Shown piece by piece: positions 49,823 through 58,712 of a stretch of 64,000 nucleotides of DNA. The translations under genes and the position numbers were made by a program. The stretch's first letter is position 1. The number at the start of each line of letters is the position of its first letter. Below the pieces are notes generated by a model. It did no database searches. It was not told the origin of the DNA and saw only the letters and a list, made by a program, of their open reading frames with translations. This DNA comes from a virus (taxonomy: Duplodnaviria > Caudoviricetes): positions 256,001-320,000 of the IMG/VR virus record IMGVR_UViG_3300029288_005873; one strand, 5' to 3'.

Positions 49823-50657
49823 AATGGCCTCCTGAAGATTTTTTGATCAGTTCAAAATATGGATCGTAGACGAGACGTCTATCACTCGCAGTGTGTTTCC
49901 ATCCAGTGGGATAATATGAATCTGGTCCAGTTATAGAGAATTCATGATAATGGTAACACACAAGATTATATTTGCCATCAATAATTAGCTTACCATCTAT
50001 AGTCTTCGATATCGTGTGCCGTCCTATTCCCCATGGTCCCAGATTTATTCCAGGATGAGGACAAGAGAGGGCTCCCTTAAATCTTTCTGGCTGATCATGT
50101 AATATGTTTAACCACCCCTGATCTGCACAACGTCCATCAGGAAGAGTGACCCAGTAACACCATTCTATACAACGGTCTTTCCACCATTCCAAGAATTCTC
50201 TACAGTTACCATCATTTCTATATCCAAGAATACCAACATTAAATCTAACGCCAGATCTGGGGGGTTCAAACCCATGGTCTGTAACCATAAGGGAATGATT
50301 CCCCATAATATTTTCAATCTCTTCAGGACTTGACCAAAAAGCCATATCAGCATCAGTGTAAAATACTGTATCGATCCCAAATTTATCAAAAAGGAACATC
50401 GGAAGCACAGGGGTTATCGTGGCATAATATTCCTTTGGTTGTCTATTACCTTTTGCCTTCAACAGATCCGGACAATATTCTTCTACATCAGAAAGACAGA
50501 TAGGAATAACACCATCAAGTTTTTTGGCCTGCTCTAAAACATTAACATCCAATGCAAGTACAAAAAGTTTTGAATTTGGACTTTCATGTAATAAAGTACT
50601 CCAACAGGTCCAACCCTTTGCCGCATATGCGCTATCAAAATATGTACAGAAGTTCAT
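49803..50657 (-). CDS. putative glycosyltransferase (GT-A, DxD), paralog 1
   Basis: FCTYFD, YTDADM, FNVG, WW..RC.EWC, ADQGWL, NLGPW, YHYH. Confidence 0.75.
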   Translation of the reverse strand: MNFCTYFDSAYAAKGWTCWSTLLHESPNSKLFVLALDVNVLEQAKKLDGVIPICLSDVEEYCPDLLKAKGNRQPKEYYATITPVLPMFLFDKFGIDTVFYTDADMAFWSSPEEIENIMGNHSLMVTDHGFEPPRSGVRFNVGILGYRNDGNCREFLEWWKDRCIEWCYWVTLPDGRCADQGWLNILHDQPERFKGALSCPHPGINLGPWGIGRHTISKTIDGKLIIDGKYNLVCYHYHEFSITGPDSYYPTGWKHTASDRRLVYDPYFELIKKSSGGHCGKRNN

Positions 50658-51496
50658 GCTAGTGTTCCTTTCTTTGCCAGTAACATCATATTGTGATAAG
50701 GCTCATATATATTACTCATGTTCCATGGGGAAACTTCCCATCCTGTATCATTCACACACTTTCCAACAATGTCCTTATATCCGTGAAAATGATAACATAT
50801 TAGGTTGTGTCGACAATCTAGGACTATTTTGCCATTGGAAAACGAGGTAGGATGCATGGATAAATTCCAAGGTCCAAGATTTATTCCAGGATGCGTGCTA
50901 ACCTTTACACCAGAAAATCTATTTGGATTGTTATGTATTATAGATAAATATCCTTGATCTGCACAACGTCCATCAGGAAGAGCGCGCCATTCACACCATT
51001 CGAGACAACGTTCCTCCCACCATTTCAAAAAACTAATACCATCTGGACTTTTTCTATATCCGAGAATTCCAACATTGAAGAAACCAGCCCCTCCAGCCAT
51101 AGCAATCGGGTTTTCGTGCGGAGTAACCAATAGAGAGTTGCTACCCATTTCGCTAGATATTTCATCTACAGAAGAAAAAAAAGCCATATCAGCATCAGTG
51201 TAGAATACTGTATCAAGACCAAATTTGTCAAAAAGAAATTGTGGAAGTATAGGCGTTATTGTTGCATAATATTCCTTAGGCTGTCTTGATCCTTTTATGT
51301 TTAATAAAGATGGTCTATATTCTTCTATATCTTTCAACATTATTGGAATTACACCGCGCCATTTAGATACAAGACCGGCAACCACATCATCCATACAAAG
51401 AACAAAAAGACGGACCGATGAATTCGAAGTCAAAGTATGATGGCACACTTTGGCTTTTGTGGCATATGCTGAATCGAAATATGTACAGAAATCCAT
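50654..51496 (-). CDS. putative glycosyltransferase (GT-A, DxD), paralog 2
   Basis: Same motifs as 49803..50657. Confidence 0.75.
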   Translation of the reverse strand: MDFCTYFDSAYATKAKVCHHTLTSNSSVRLFVLCMDDVVAGLVSKWRGVIPIMLKDIEEYRPSLLNIKGSRQPKEYYATITPILPQFLFDKFGLDTVFYTDADMAFFSSVDEISSEMGSNSLLVTPHENPIAMAGGAGFFNVGILGYRKSPDGISFLKWWEERCLEWCEWRALPDGRCADQGYLSIIHNNPNRFSGVKVSTHPGINLGPWNLSMHPTSFSNGKIVLDCRHNLICYHFHGYKDIVGKCVNDTGWEVSPWNMSNIYEPYHNMMLLAKKGTLA

Positions 51497-51499
51497 GAC

Positions 51500-54400
51500 C
51501 TATCCTTGAAGAAGTTTTTTTACAAAAGGAGTATTAGACCTTTCCATCGGACGAACTAGAGAATTTCCAGCCCTCCCAACACGTATTACAAGATCGGAAG
51601 TAGACCTTTGTCCAGTAAGTGGAACGCGCCTAAGAAATGAATTCTGACCATGCACATCAAGATGCTCTGACCCTTCACCTGCCACAAAAATATGAGAATT
51701 GGTAAAATGGCATCTAATACGCAAAGCAGCTTCAATGATCCTATTGGGTTCACAGCCCTTAACAGGAATTAATAGAACCGTAGGATACGGAAAACGAGAA
51801 GATTCTCCAGGTTTCCAGGCTGCAAGGATATATTTCATATCATGCATAAGTTTTGAATGAGCTATACCGTTGCTTCTTCTAAGTTCATCATTCGTACAAT
51901 TATGCATAAGATTACAATGAGTACATGCTATTATCCTTCCACCAGTTCTTAGAATACGCATATCAAGATCAGTATCCTGTGAATAATATGGATAATCCAT
52001 GTTAATCCCATCAAATTTTTTCAAGGTCTCTGTATACATACAACCAACTGTTGGAAAATATATACCACTATCCATCCTTACAGTATATACATCTCCCCAT
52101 GAATTTTTTACACAAAATCCACCCATATCTATTGGTGATGATTCATCCATAACAAGACACATATCTGAAAGTGCCGCCCCCTGGGGAACTATATCATCAC
52201 TTAGCCAACAGATGTATTTTCCTTTTGCTATGGCAAGAGCCTCATTGAAGGCTTGAGTAAAGCTTGTTCTTTTGCCAGAAAATATTGGAATTATTCGCTT
52301 GTCCTCACCAGATCGTTTGCGCAACCATTCCTGCGTTCCATCATTGGAACCAGCATCATTGACAATTATTTCTACCGAGTGCAAATTAGAAGATACCAAT
52401 GACGAATCAACCGCTTGTTGTAGCTGGTTTAGACGATTGTGAGTTCCTATAAATATCGTAAGATCTACAGGTTTTCCATTAGCATTATTGAGGAAATTTG
52501 CCCTTCTACTATTCATGCTTCGCATTAGATCAAATACAGCATTTCGAAAAGCTGCTGGATTTTCTAAAGGCAAAACTCCAGGATCCCAAGACCATGTGCC
52601 GATAAGAGACATTGAAAAATATGGCTGTAGAAATGAATCATATCTAACGGTCAAATGATCCACACAAAAACGTAAATCAATCATTCTCTGATCTACATAT
52701 TCCCCTCCAGGATGCCATGCTATAGCGAGCATATTAGGAAGCTTTCTACGCAGATCAAGCATAAGATCTCGCCAAGGAAGACCATCAGCCTGTTCATCAA
52801 GGAAAAGTAATAGAATATCTGGGTTAAAACGCAAAATCTTAGCAACAAGATCTCTACATTCTGTGAATGGTATAGTTAAGAAGTCCATATCATGTAGGGT
52901 CGTTTTTGACATAAGATCCATAGGAGGATCCCTCATGATACACAATGTCCGCTTGAATGTGTAGGAAATTCTGTTTTTTGGAAAGTTTGGCATAATTGCC
53001 TCAAAACATCCAATACGGAGTGCTAGTTCTTTAATACGTAGAACGCGCGAGTGAGAAAGGGCTGTTTTAGCACCATTGTCTCCGATTTTTTTTGCCTTTG
53101 TAGGATCTGCGGAAAGCTGTGCAACCAAAGACGCACTTTCTTCTGGAGAATCAAACAAGAGAAGATCATGCCCATCTTCGCACCATTCAATAATTTCCAT
53201 AGATCGCTTTGCGATCACAGGCACACCACTTGCCATAAGCCCAAAGAGTTTTCGCATAGGACCTTCTACAAAAACGATCGACTTGGCATCAAATAGAGCT
53301 GAGCGACATTCCGTATCACCATGTGCCGCTAGGCGTATATAAGCAGTATTTGGCAAGTGTGTTCGAATTGTTTCTAAATAAGTTTCTGAAGAACTTTCGG
53401 CAAAGATTACAGCATCGCATTTCTGTTCTCTATCTGGGGGGTTAAATCCGACAGCCCCAGCGTCCCAAAGCTCGACATTGAAGCATCCAGCAGAACGATA
53501 AATAGCAAGCTCAATTTCACTTTCCACCAAAGCTAAATCAACAGCTCGAAGGACAGCTAAAGCATTTTTGTCAAAAACAGGCCAACCCGGAGAAAGCCAG
53601 GCTGTAATAAAAACATTGGGAATAGAAAACCTAATATCATTTATTGTTGTTGTTGTAATTGCGGTCGGACGACCAAGATGAAAATGTACAATATTAGCAC
53701 CGCGTTCAACTGCAATTTTACTGAGATTTATAAGATTTCCGTAAACAGGTATTCCTTCGCACCGTATTCCATTCGCTATAAATGCGTCTTTTGTGACAAT
53801 TTCGTCATCAAGTTCAGATACCACTAGTACTTTTGTATCATGTCCAGAAAATCGTGAATATTGAAGATTGTTTGGAATAGGAGAAAGTTCAGCCTTATGT
53901 ATTTGAATTGGTGCTGCTGTCGTCGTCATATGTGGTCTGTTTCGCTTCACCAAACGCATTTGCGGTTTTTCTGGAGCAGAATCTGTGGCTGCCGAAACAG
54001 GTTCAGAAGACGATGATGCAATCATTTTAGGTTCTTGGACAGGGGTGTCTTGCGGAAGAACCTCAAAAGCAATTCGTTTTACTAACAGGGATCCCGTACC
54101 ACCAGGAGATCTCCAAAGTCTGAGCATAATTGGTATATTTGGTGGAAAATCACTGGTTTTTAATTGAAGTTCAAACGTACTCCATGCGGCGCTTTCACAA
54201 AGCATAGGTTGATGGGGAAAATCAAAACTTCGATTTGCATAAAAGTTACAGAAGAGTTTCCCATTCCCACTTTCCCTTTTAAGATCAAGTTGAAGGCGGT
54301 AAACTGAATTGGGTTCCACTTTTGCTGGCACAAACAAGACAGATTTTTCGCCTTCCATTGATTGGCATTTTACGCCACGTTCGTCCCTTTTTGCTACAAG

Positions 54401-54889
54401 ACTTCTGCCGCGCCAAAACTGTTGGTCAAAGCTGTTCATTTCCCACCAGTCCTCCATCTGCTCAAGGCAGTATTTTTTATCAAACGCACTAATATGACGC
54501 GGCTCTGGCATGGGTCCAACACCGCGTGGAAGCTTTACCGCATCAACTTGTTCAATAATTACAATACCAGAACCAGGAGTTCTTGATATTTTGATGAACG
54601 CCAGATTAATAGGTGTGGCAACATTTCCTGTTGTAACGTCTATCTCAAACACATGCCCATTTGGTGGGCAGTTAAAAGAAACCTGTGCAAATTGCTGTTC
54701 ATTTTCCGCACAAATCTCAAAACAAAGAATGCGCCCATCAGTATTTGGGTTTGAGGCCATAACCCTACAACGGTACACAGAATTTTTCTCAAATTCTACG
54801 GGAACGTATAGGCTGGAATCACAATCAAGACCAAAACAGCCATCGTCCATGTGTAGAAAATTTCCCCCCCACAAGCAAGGATCTGACAT
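51500..54889 (-). CDS. modular glycosyltransferase: two CBM-like repeats + GT-B-like region + GT2
   Basis: Duplicated VP...E.NSVYR modules; MASGVPVI; IGTHNR, VNDAGSNDGT, WLSDD, QDTDL. Confidence 0.75.
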   Translation of the reverse strand: MSDPCLWGGNFLHMDDGCFGLDCDSSLYVPVEFEKNSVYRCRVMASNPNTDGRILCFEICAENEQQFAQVSFNCPPNGHVFEIDVTTGNVATPINLAFIKISRTPGSGIVIIEQVDAVKLPRGVGPMPEPRHISAFDKKYCLEQMEDWWEMNSFDQQFWRGRSLVAKRDERGVKCQSMEGEKSVLFVPAKVEPNSVYRLQLDLKRESGNGKLFCNFYANRSFDFPHQPMLCESAAWSTFELQLKTSDFPPNIPIMLRLWRSPGGTGSLLVKRIAFEVLPQDTPVQEPKMIASSSSEPVSAATDSAPEKPQMRLVKRNRPHMTTTAAPIQIHKAELSPIPNNLQYSRFSGHDTKVLVVSELDDEIVTKDAFIANGIRCEGIPVYGNLINLSKIAVERGANIVHFHLGRPTAITTTTINDIRFSIPNVFITAWLSPGWPVFDKNALAVLRAVDLALVESEIELAIYRSAGCFNVELWDAGAVGFNPPDREQKCDAVIFAESSSETYLETIRTHLPNTAYIRLAAHGDTECRSALFDAKSIVFVEGPMRKLFGLMASGVPVIAKRSMEIIEWCEDGHDLLLFDSPEESASLVAQLSADPTKAKKIGDNGAKTALSHSRVLRIKELALRIGCFEAIMPNFPKNRISYTFKRTLCIMRDPPMDLMSKTTLHDMDFLTIPFTECRDLVAKILRFNPDILLLFLDEQADGLPWRDLMLDLRRKLPNMLAIAWHPGGEYVDQRMIDLRFCVDHLTVRYDSFLQPYFSMSLIGTWSWDPGVLPLENPAAFRNAVFDLMRSMNSRRANFLNNANGKPVDLTIFIGTHNRLNQLQQAVDSSLVSSNLHSVEIIVNDAGSNDGTQEWLRKRSGEDKRIIPIFSGKRTSFTQAFNEALAIAKGKYICWLSDDIVPQGAALSDMCLVMDESSPIDMGGFCVKNSWGDVYTVRMDSGIYFPTVGCMYTETLKKFDGINMDYPYYSQDTDLDMRILRTGGRIIACTHCNLMHNCTNDELRRSNGIAHSKLMHDMKYILAAWKPGESSRFPYPTVLLIPVKGCEPNRIIEAALRIRCHFTNSHIFVAGEGSEHLDVHGQNSFLRRVPLTGQRSTSDLVIRVGRAGNSLVRPMERSNTPFVKKLLQG

Positions 54890-54901
54890 AATTACCGCCT
54901 C

Positions 54902-57166
54902 CTATGTAAACATACTGTCATATAGGTCTGATATTCCCGCATTATCCTTTCCCATTAATTCTTTCGCAAAATCAAATGCGTGTTTGGACATAACTGTATT
55001 TTGTTCAGGATTACACAGTTTCTTTATAGCGTCTACATATCTATCAGTACCTCCTCGCACTATAAAGCCATTAACCCCGTCCAAAACAACCTCAGGAATT
55101 GCTCCAACATTGGAAGCGACAACAGGAACTCCGGAGGCAAAGGCTTCCAAAATCGTCAAAGGCAAACCTTCCATTGCCGAAGGCAAAAGAAAAGCATCAA
55201 AGGCTGCGTAGAATCGTTCCGTATCAGTGCGACGACCGACAAATATTACATTCCCCAAACTACTAGCCATTTTCTTCAGAACGTTTTCTTGAGGACCGCT
55301 TCCAACTATAACAAATACAGCCTCAGGCAAGGCTCTAGCGCATGATAACACTATTGGAATATTCTTCTCAGGCGAAAGACGTGCTATTGTGCCAACAACA
55401 AAACGATTTGTTGGACAACCAATTTCAGTAAGAACCTGTTTGTTTTTTGGAAGACCGAATTTTTCCCATGCAATCTGCTGTGGCAAATATCGTACGTTTT
55501 TATTACCCTTTTTGGCAAGCTTTGTACAGATTGTCTCAGATACGCCAACAATCATAGAAACATTGCGTCTGGTTGCAACCTTCGCCATAGAATCTTGCCA
55601 AATTAGATCACTGTGAACCGTCTCTACAATCTTGCCACCCCATCCTTCACTCAATATCCTAAGCAACAGGGCATAAACCTGTAGACTGTTGTAAAAATGA
55701 ACTATGTCATATTTTTCAACTTCTATCAGACATTTAAGGGCATTTCCCTCACCTCGATGACTTAGGTTCTCCAAATTAACCCCAAGGTCACCAAAAAGGG
55801 AAACCAATTCGTTCGACATTCCAAGAGGAAAAGCAACCGTTGGTTCATACTTCTCTCTATCAAGGCGCAAAATAGCTTCGCGTACCCAAACCTCTCCTCC
55901 ACCAGCCATATTATATGGAATAACATATAGTATTTTGCGCTTACGTGTCTTTGGAATAAGGTTGTGTTTTTGTGCTAAACACTCTTCCGCAAGATCCGTT
56001 ATCTGTTTTGCAGCAGCAGTCCATGAAAATTTATTAACGGTTTCGTTTGCAGCATCTAATACTCTGGCTTTTTCTTCAGCCACATTGTTATAGACGCGAC
56101 GCATAAGCTCAGAACAATGTTTTGTACTAGGATCACCAACAACAGCGTCTTTTGAATGTGTCCAATATTGCATACTTGGTGGAGCCTTCATCTCACCAGT
56201 ATTAACAAGTATTGAATTTTTATCATTTAGAAAATCTAACTGTCCACCATGTCGTGGTGCTATAACCACATTCCCACATGCCAAAGCCTCAAGCAATGGT
56301 AGTGCAAAACCTTCACAAGAACTCATGCTAACTACCGCATCACAAGCAGTATATAATGATCCTATATCGTCAACAAAAGATGTGACTATCTCTATTTCTG
56401 GAGGATTAGCCCTACCCTTCATTTTATTTTCCAAAATAGCACGCACATCAACCTCAAAAGGTTTGTCTGGAGCAGGCTTTAGAAATTTGGTTTTCATAAC
56501 CAAACACACATCATCATCACCAGTGAAAGCATCAAGATACGCTTCAAGAACACGATCATGGCATTTCCTGGCATGTGGTATTGCGTTATGGAGAAACTTA
56601 ACCCTTTTCTTTGTGTGTAGTGGAAATGGAGCAATTCCTGGGTGGAATATTCTACGATCTACTCCATGAGGGACAACAACAAGTTTGGAACTAGGAATGC
56701 CGTTGTTTAAGAAGATGTCTGATGAATATTGGCTAGATGGAAGTATATAATCTACCCCCCGGTGAAATTCTTGCCAACCACACGGAAGTACTGAACTCTC
56801 AAAATTCCAAATAACCATTTTACTTCTAGATTCACCAAAAAATCTACGCGGAATCTGGTAAAGTATAGTATATGCTAATTCTAAGTCATAAGGTCTATTT
56901 ATATCATTTATATCATCAGGACATTTCTTGCGATCTATAGATACTTCTGATCCATCATCATCCAGAAACACAAGTTCCGGCTGAGAAGGATGCCCGTGAT
57001 ATCCTGGAAGCAGAAGATGTCTAAGGTCATCAGGAAAATGCTCTAACCCATTTGTGGATTTTATATGAACACTATGTCCAGCATTGTTCATTTCTCTAGC
57101 CAAGGCTTGTGTAACAAGGCTCCACGAATGAAGTGTAGCCGCCATGCCATGCCATCTAATCTTCAT
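54902..57166 (-). CDS. double GT4 (GT-B) glycosyltransferase
   Basis: VVPHGVD...EGFALPLLEALACG; GGGE...ARLSPEKN...EGLPLTILEAFASG. Confidence 0.88.
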   Translation of the reverse strand: MKIRWHGMAATLHSWSLVTQALAREMNNAGHSVHIKSTNGLEHFPDDLRHLLLPGYHGHPSQPELVFLDDDGSEVSIDRKKCPDDINDINRPYDLELAYTILYQIPRRFFGESRSKMVIWNFESSVLPCGWQEFHRGVDYILPSSQYSSDIFLNNGIPSSKLVVVPHGVDRRIFHPGIAPFPLHTKKRVKFLHNAIPHARKCHDRVLEAYLDAFTGDDDVCLVMKTKFLKPAPDKPFEVDVRAILENKMKGRANPPEIEIVTSFVDDIGSLYTACDAVVSMSSCEGFALPLLEALACGNVVIAPRHGGQLDFLNDKNSILVNTGEMKAPPSMQYWTHSKDAVVGDPSTKHCSELMRRVYNNVAEEKARVLDAANETVNKFSWTAAAKQITDLAEECLAQKHNLIPKTRKRKILYVIPYNMAGGGEVWVREAILRLDREKYEPTVAFPLGMSNELVSLFGDLGVNLENLSHRGEGNALKCLIEVEKYDIVHFYNSLQVYALLLRILSEGWGGKIVETVHSDLIWQDSMAKVATRRNVSMIVGVSETICTKLAKKGNKNVRYLPQQIAWEKFGLPKNKQVLTEIGCPTNRFVVGTIARLSPEKNIPIVLSCARALPEAVFVIVGSGPQENVLKKMASSLGNVIFVGRRTDTERFYAAFDAFLLPSAMEGLPLTILEAFASGVPVVASNVGAIPEVVLDGVNGFIVRGGTDRYVDAIKKLCNPEQNTVMSKHAFDFAKELMGKDNAGISDLYDSMFT

Positions 57167-57218
57167 AATTTTCCTTTATTGGTCTAGCGAGGAGATCTTT
57201 CCATTGTCATAAAGTTTC

Positions 57219-57398
57219 CTATTGTGGATCTTGATTTTTTTCCTTGCTCTGTCTAAACAATGTCGCTATCATCTCGCGAACAACCGCAGTGACAGTTTTG
57301 TAGTTTTGACGAGCATATTCCACAAGAAAATCATGAAGCTCTGTCTCGAGACGCAGGTTGATCTGTCGGCGATCTACATTCTTGTTTGGTTCTCTCAT
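57219..57398 (-). CDS. ribbon-helix-helix (Arc/CopG-like) DNA-binding protein, 59 aa
   Basis: Hand translation MREPNKNVDRRQINLRLETELHDFLVEYARQNYKTVTAVVREMIATLFRQSKEKNQDPQ*; SD GGAG; shorter than any ORF in the track. Confidence 0.7.
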   Translation of the reverse strand: MREPNKNVDRRQINLRLETELHDFLVEYARQNYKTVTAVVREMIATLFRQSKEKNQDPQ

Positions 57399-57458
57399 TT
57401 TAGACTCCAGTTTTTAGAAAGGCATCAAATTATGCCCAGATACGCAAAACGCGCTAAG

Positions 57459-57478
57459 TAATGCTCAACTATTGATAG
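57459..57478 (-). promoter_or_regulatory. putative phage promoter TATCAATA-N5-GCATT
   Basis: Heads the RHH-glycan operon; 19/20 identical to 3018-3037. Confidence 0.65.
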
Positions 57479-57514
57479 ATTTCTGAACACAAAAGTACAG
57501 AAATTTGAGATAAA

Positions 57515-58684
57515 CTATGATGTCGCTAAGGGAATAGAACGAAACCGCCTTAAATAGCTGCCGCCACTTTGGTACATAATCTTTGGCTGATATCCATTAA
57601 CTTCAGCAGTGGCAGGCGTAGTATTGAGTGTAGCATATGTTCCAACGCTTCCTGAAAATCCATTTCCACCAGAATTTCCAGCAACTTCCCCACTTCCACC
57701 AGCTCCACCTCCGCCTGCTGACCCAAAAGCAACAGAATATGTCCCTTCGGAAAGGTGTCCTTTTGCATGGAAAATTTTTATACGTCCACCACAACCCCCT
57801 CCTCCACCGGCGCCGCCATCGCCCCCATCGCCATTTTCAGCATCTCCACCAACTCCACCATCTCCGCCAACACCACCAGCTCCACCTGTACCTCCTTTTG
57901 CGCCCAAGTATCCAGTACCATATATAACTGCTGGCGCATATAATAGAATTCCACCTCCAGAGCCTCCTCCCCCACCACAGCCTCCACCTCCCCCACCTCC
58001 TCCAGCTCCTGTACTTGATCCACCCGTTCCTCCAAAACCACCTATAGAGGCACTAGTTGCATCACAAGATATGGAACCGCCATTTTCTATCCTAATTGAG
58101 CGTTTTGCTACTAGCCAAAATGAACTTCCACCAGCTCCACCAGCTCCACCAGAATCACCATTTGTACCACTATTTGAACTACCGCCTCCTCCACCACCTC
58201 CACCTCCTCCTCCACCTCCACTTCCAGCCTCTATTGTATTAGTATATCCATCACCATACAAAGATGGGACCCCAACTGCTGGAAAAAAACCATCGCCACC
58301 AGCTTGTGACCCAGAATACCCAGAACCACCAATTCCACCAGTGCTTCCACAGCTTGATCCATTTTGCGAATGAGCGGCACCTTTTCCAGATCCACCACCA
58401 CCAGTTCCAACACCTGAAGTTCCTGTACTACCAGGATCTCCAGGTGTTGGAGTATCTGTGCCACCACTTCCACCACTTCCACCACTTCCACCATTTATTG
58501 TTCCATCTCCAACTACTTCACCAAGTATGTTGGCATCAACACATTCAATTTTATATCCTAACCCGCTGATGTTAAGTGTTGCACCAGCTGATACGGTAAA
58601 AATTCCAACGTTTATGTGGTCGTCCGAAAGTATTACACTTCCAGACACAGTCCAATCATCCCCCCGATGGTCAACAGTCATCAT
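57515..58684 (-). CDS. glycine-rich putative tail/fibre protein
   Basis: Long GGX runs; GGGGSGGGILL and GGGCGGRIKI motifs. Confidence 0.7.
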   Translation of the reverse strand: MMTVDHRGDDWTVSGSVILSDDHINVGIFTVSAGATLNISGLGYKIECVDANILGEVVGDGTINGGSGGSGGSGGTDTPTPGDPGSTGTSGVGTGGGGSGKGAAHSQNGSSCGSTGGIGGSGYSGSQAGGDGFFPAVGVPSLYGDGYTNTIEAGSGGGGGGGGGGGGGSSNSGTNGDSGGAGGAGGSSFWLVAKRSIRIENGGSISCDATSASIGGFGGTGGSSTGAGGGGGGGGCGGGGGSGGGILLYAPAVIYGTGYLGAKGGTGGAGGVGGDGGVGGDAENGDGGDGGAGGGGGCGGRIKIFHAKGHLSEGTYSVAFGSAGGGGAGGSGEVAGNSGGNGFSGSVGTYATLNTTPATAEVNGYQPKIMYQSGGSYLRRFRSIPLATS

Positions 58685-58712
58685 ATCACCTATTCAGATA
58701 ATTTTTACAATA

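Noticed and set aside
33441-55211. Longer plus-strand ORFs (e.g. 33441..34139, 54510..55211)
   Set aside because: They overlap well-supported minus-strand genes and show no motifs.
37711-57166. Ordinary bacterial O-antigen/capsule cluster, or a DNA hypermodification locus
   Set aside because: No export or polymerisation genes and the context is viral; no base hydroxymethylase or similar handle-forming enzyme is in this window. DNA modification is disfavoured but not excluded.
57609-58373. 254-aa proline-rich plus-strand ORF
   Set aside because: Antisense shadow of the GGN codons of the Gly-rich gene.
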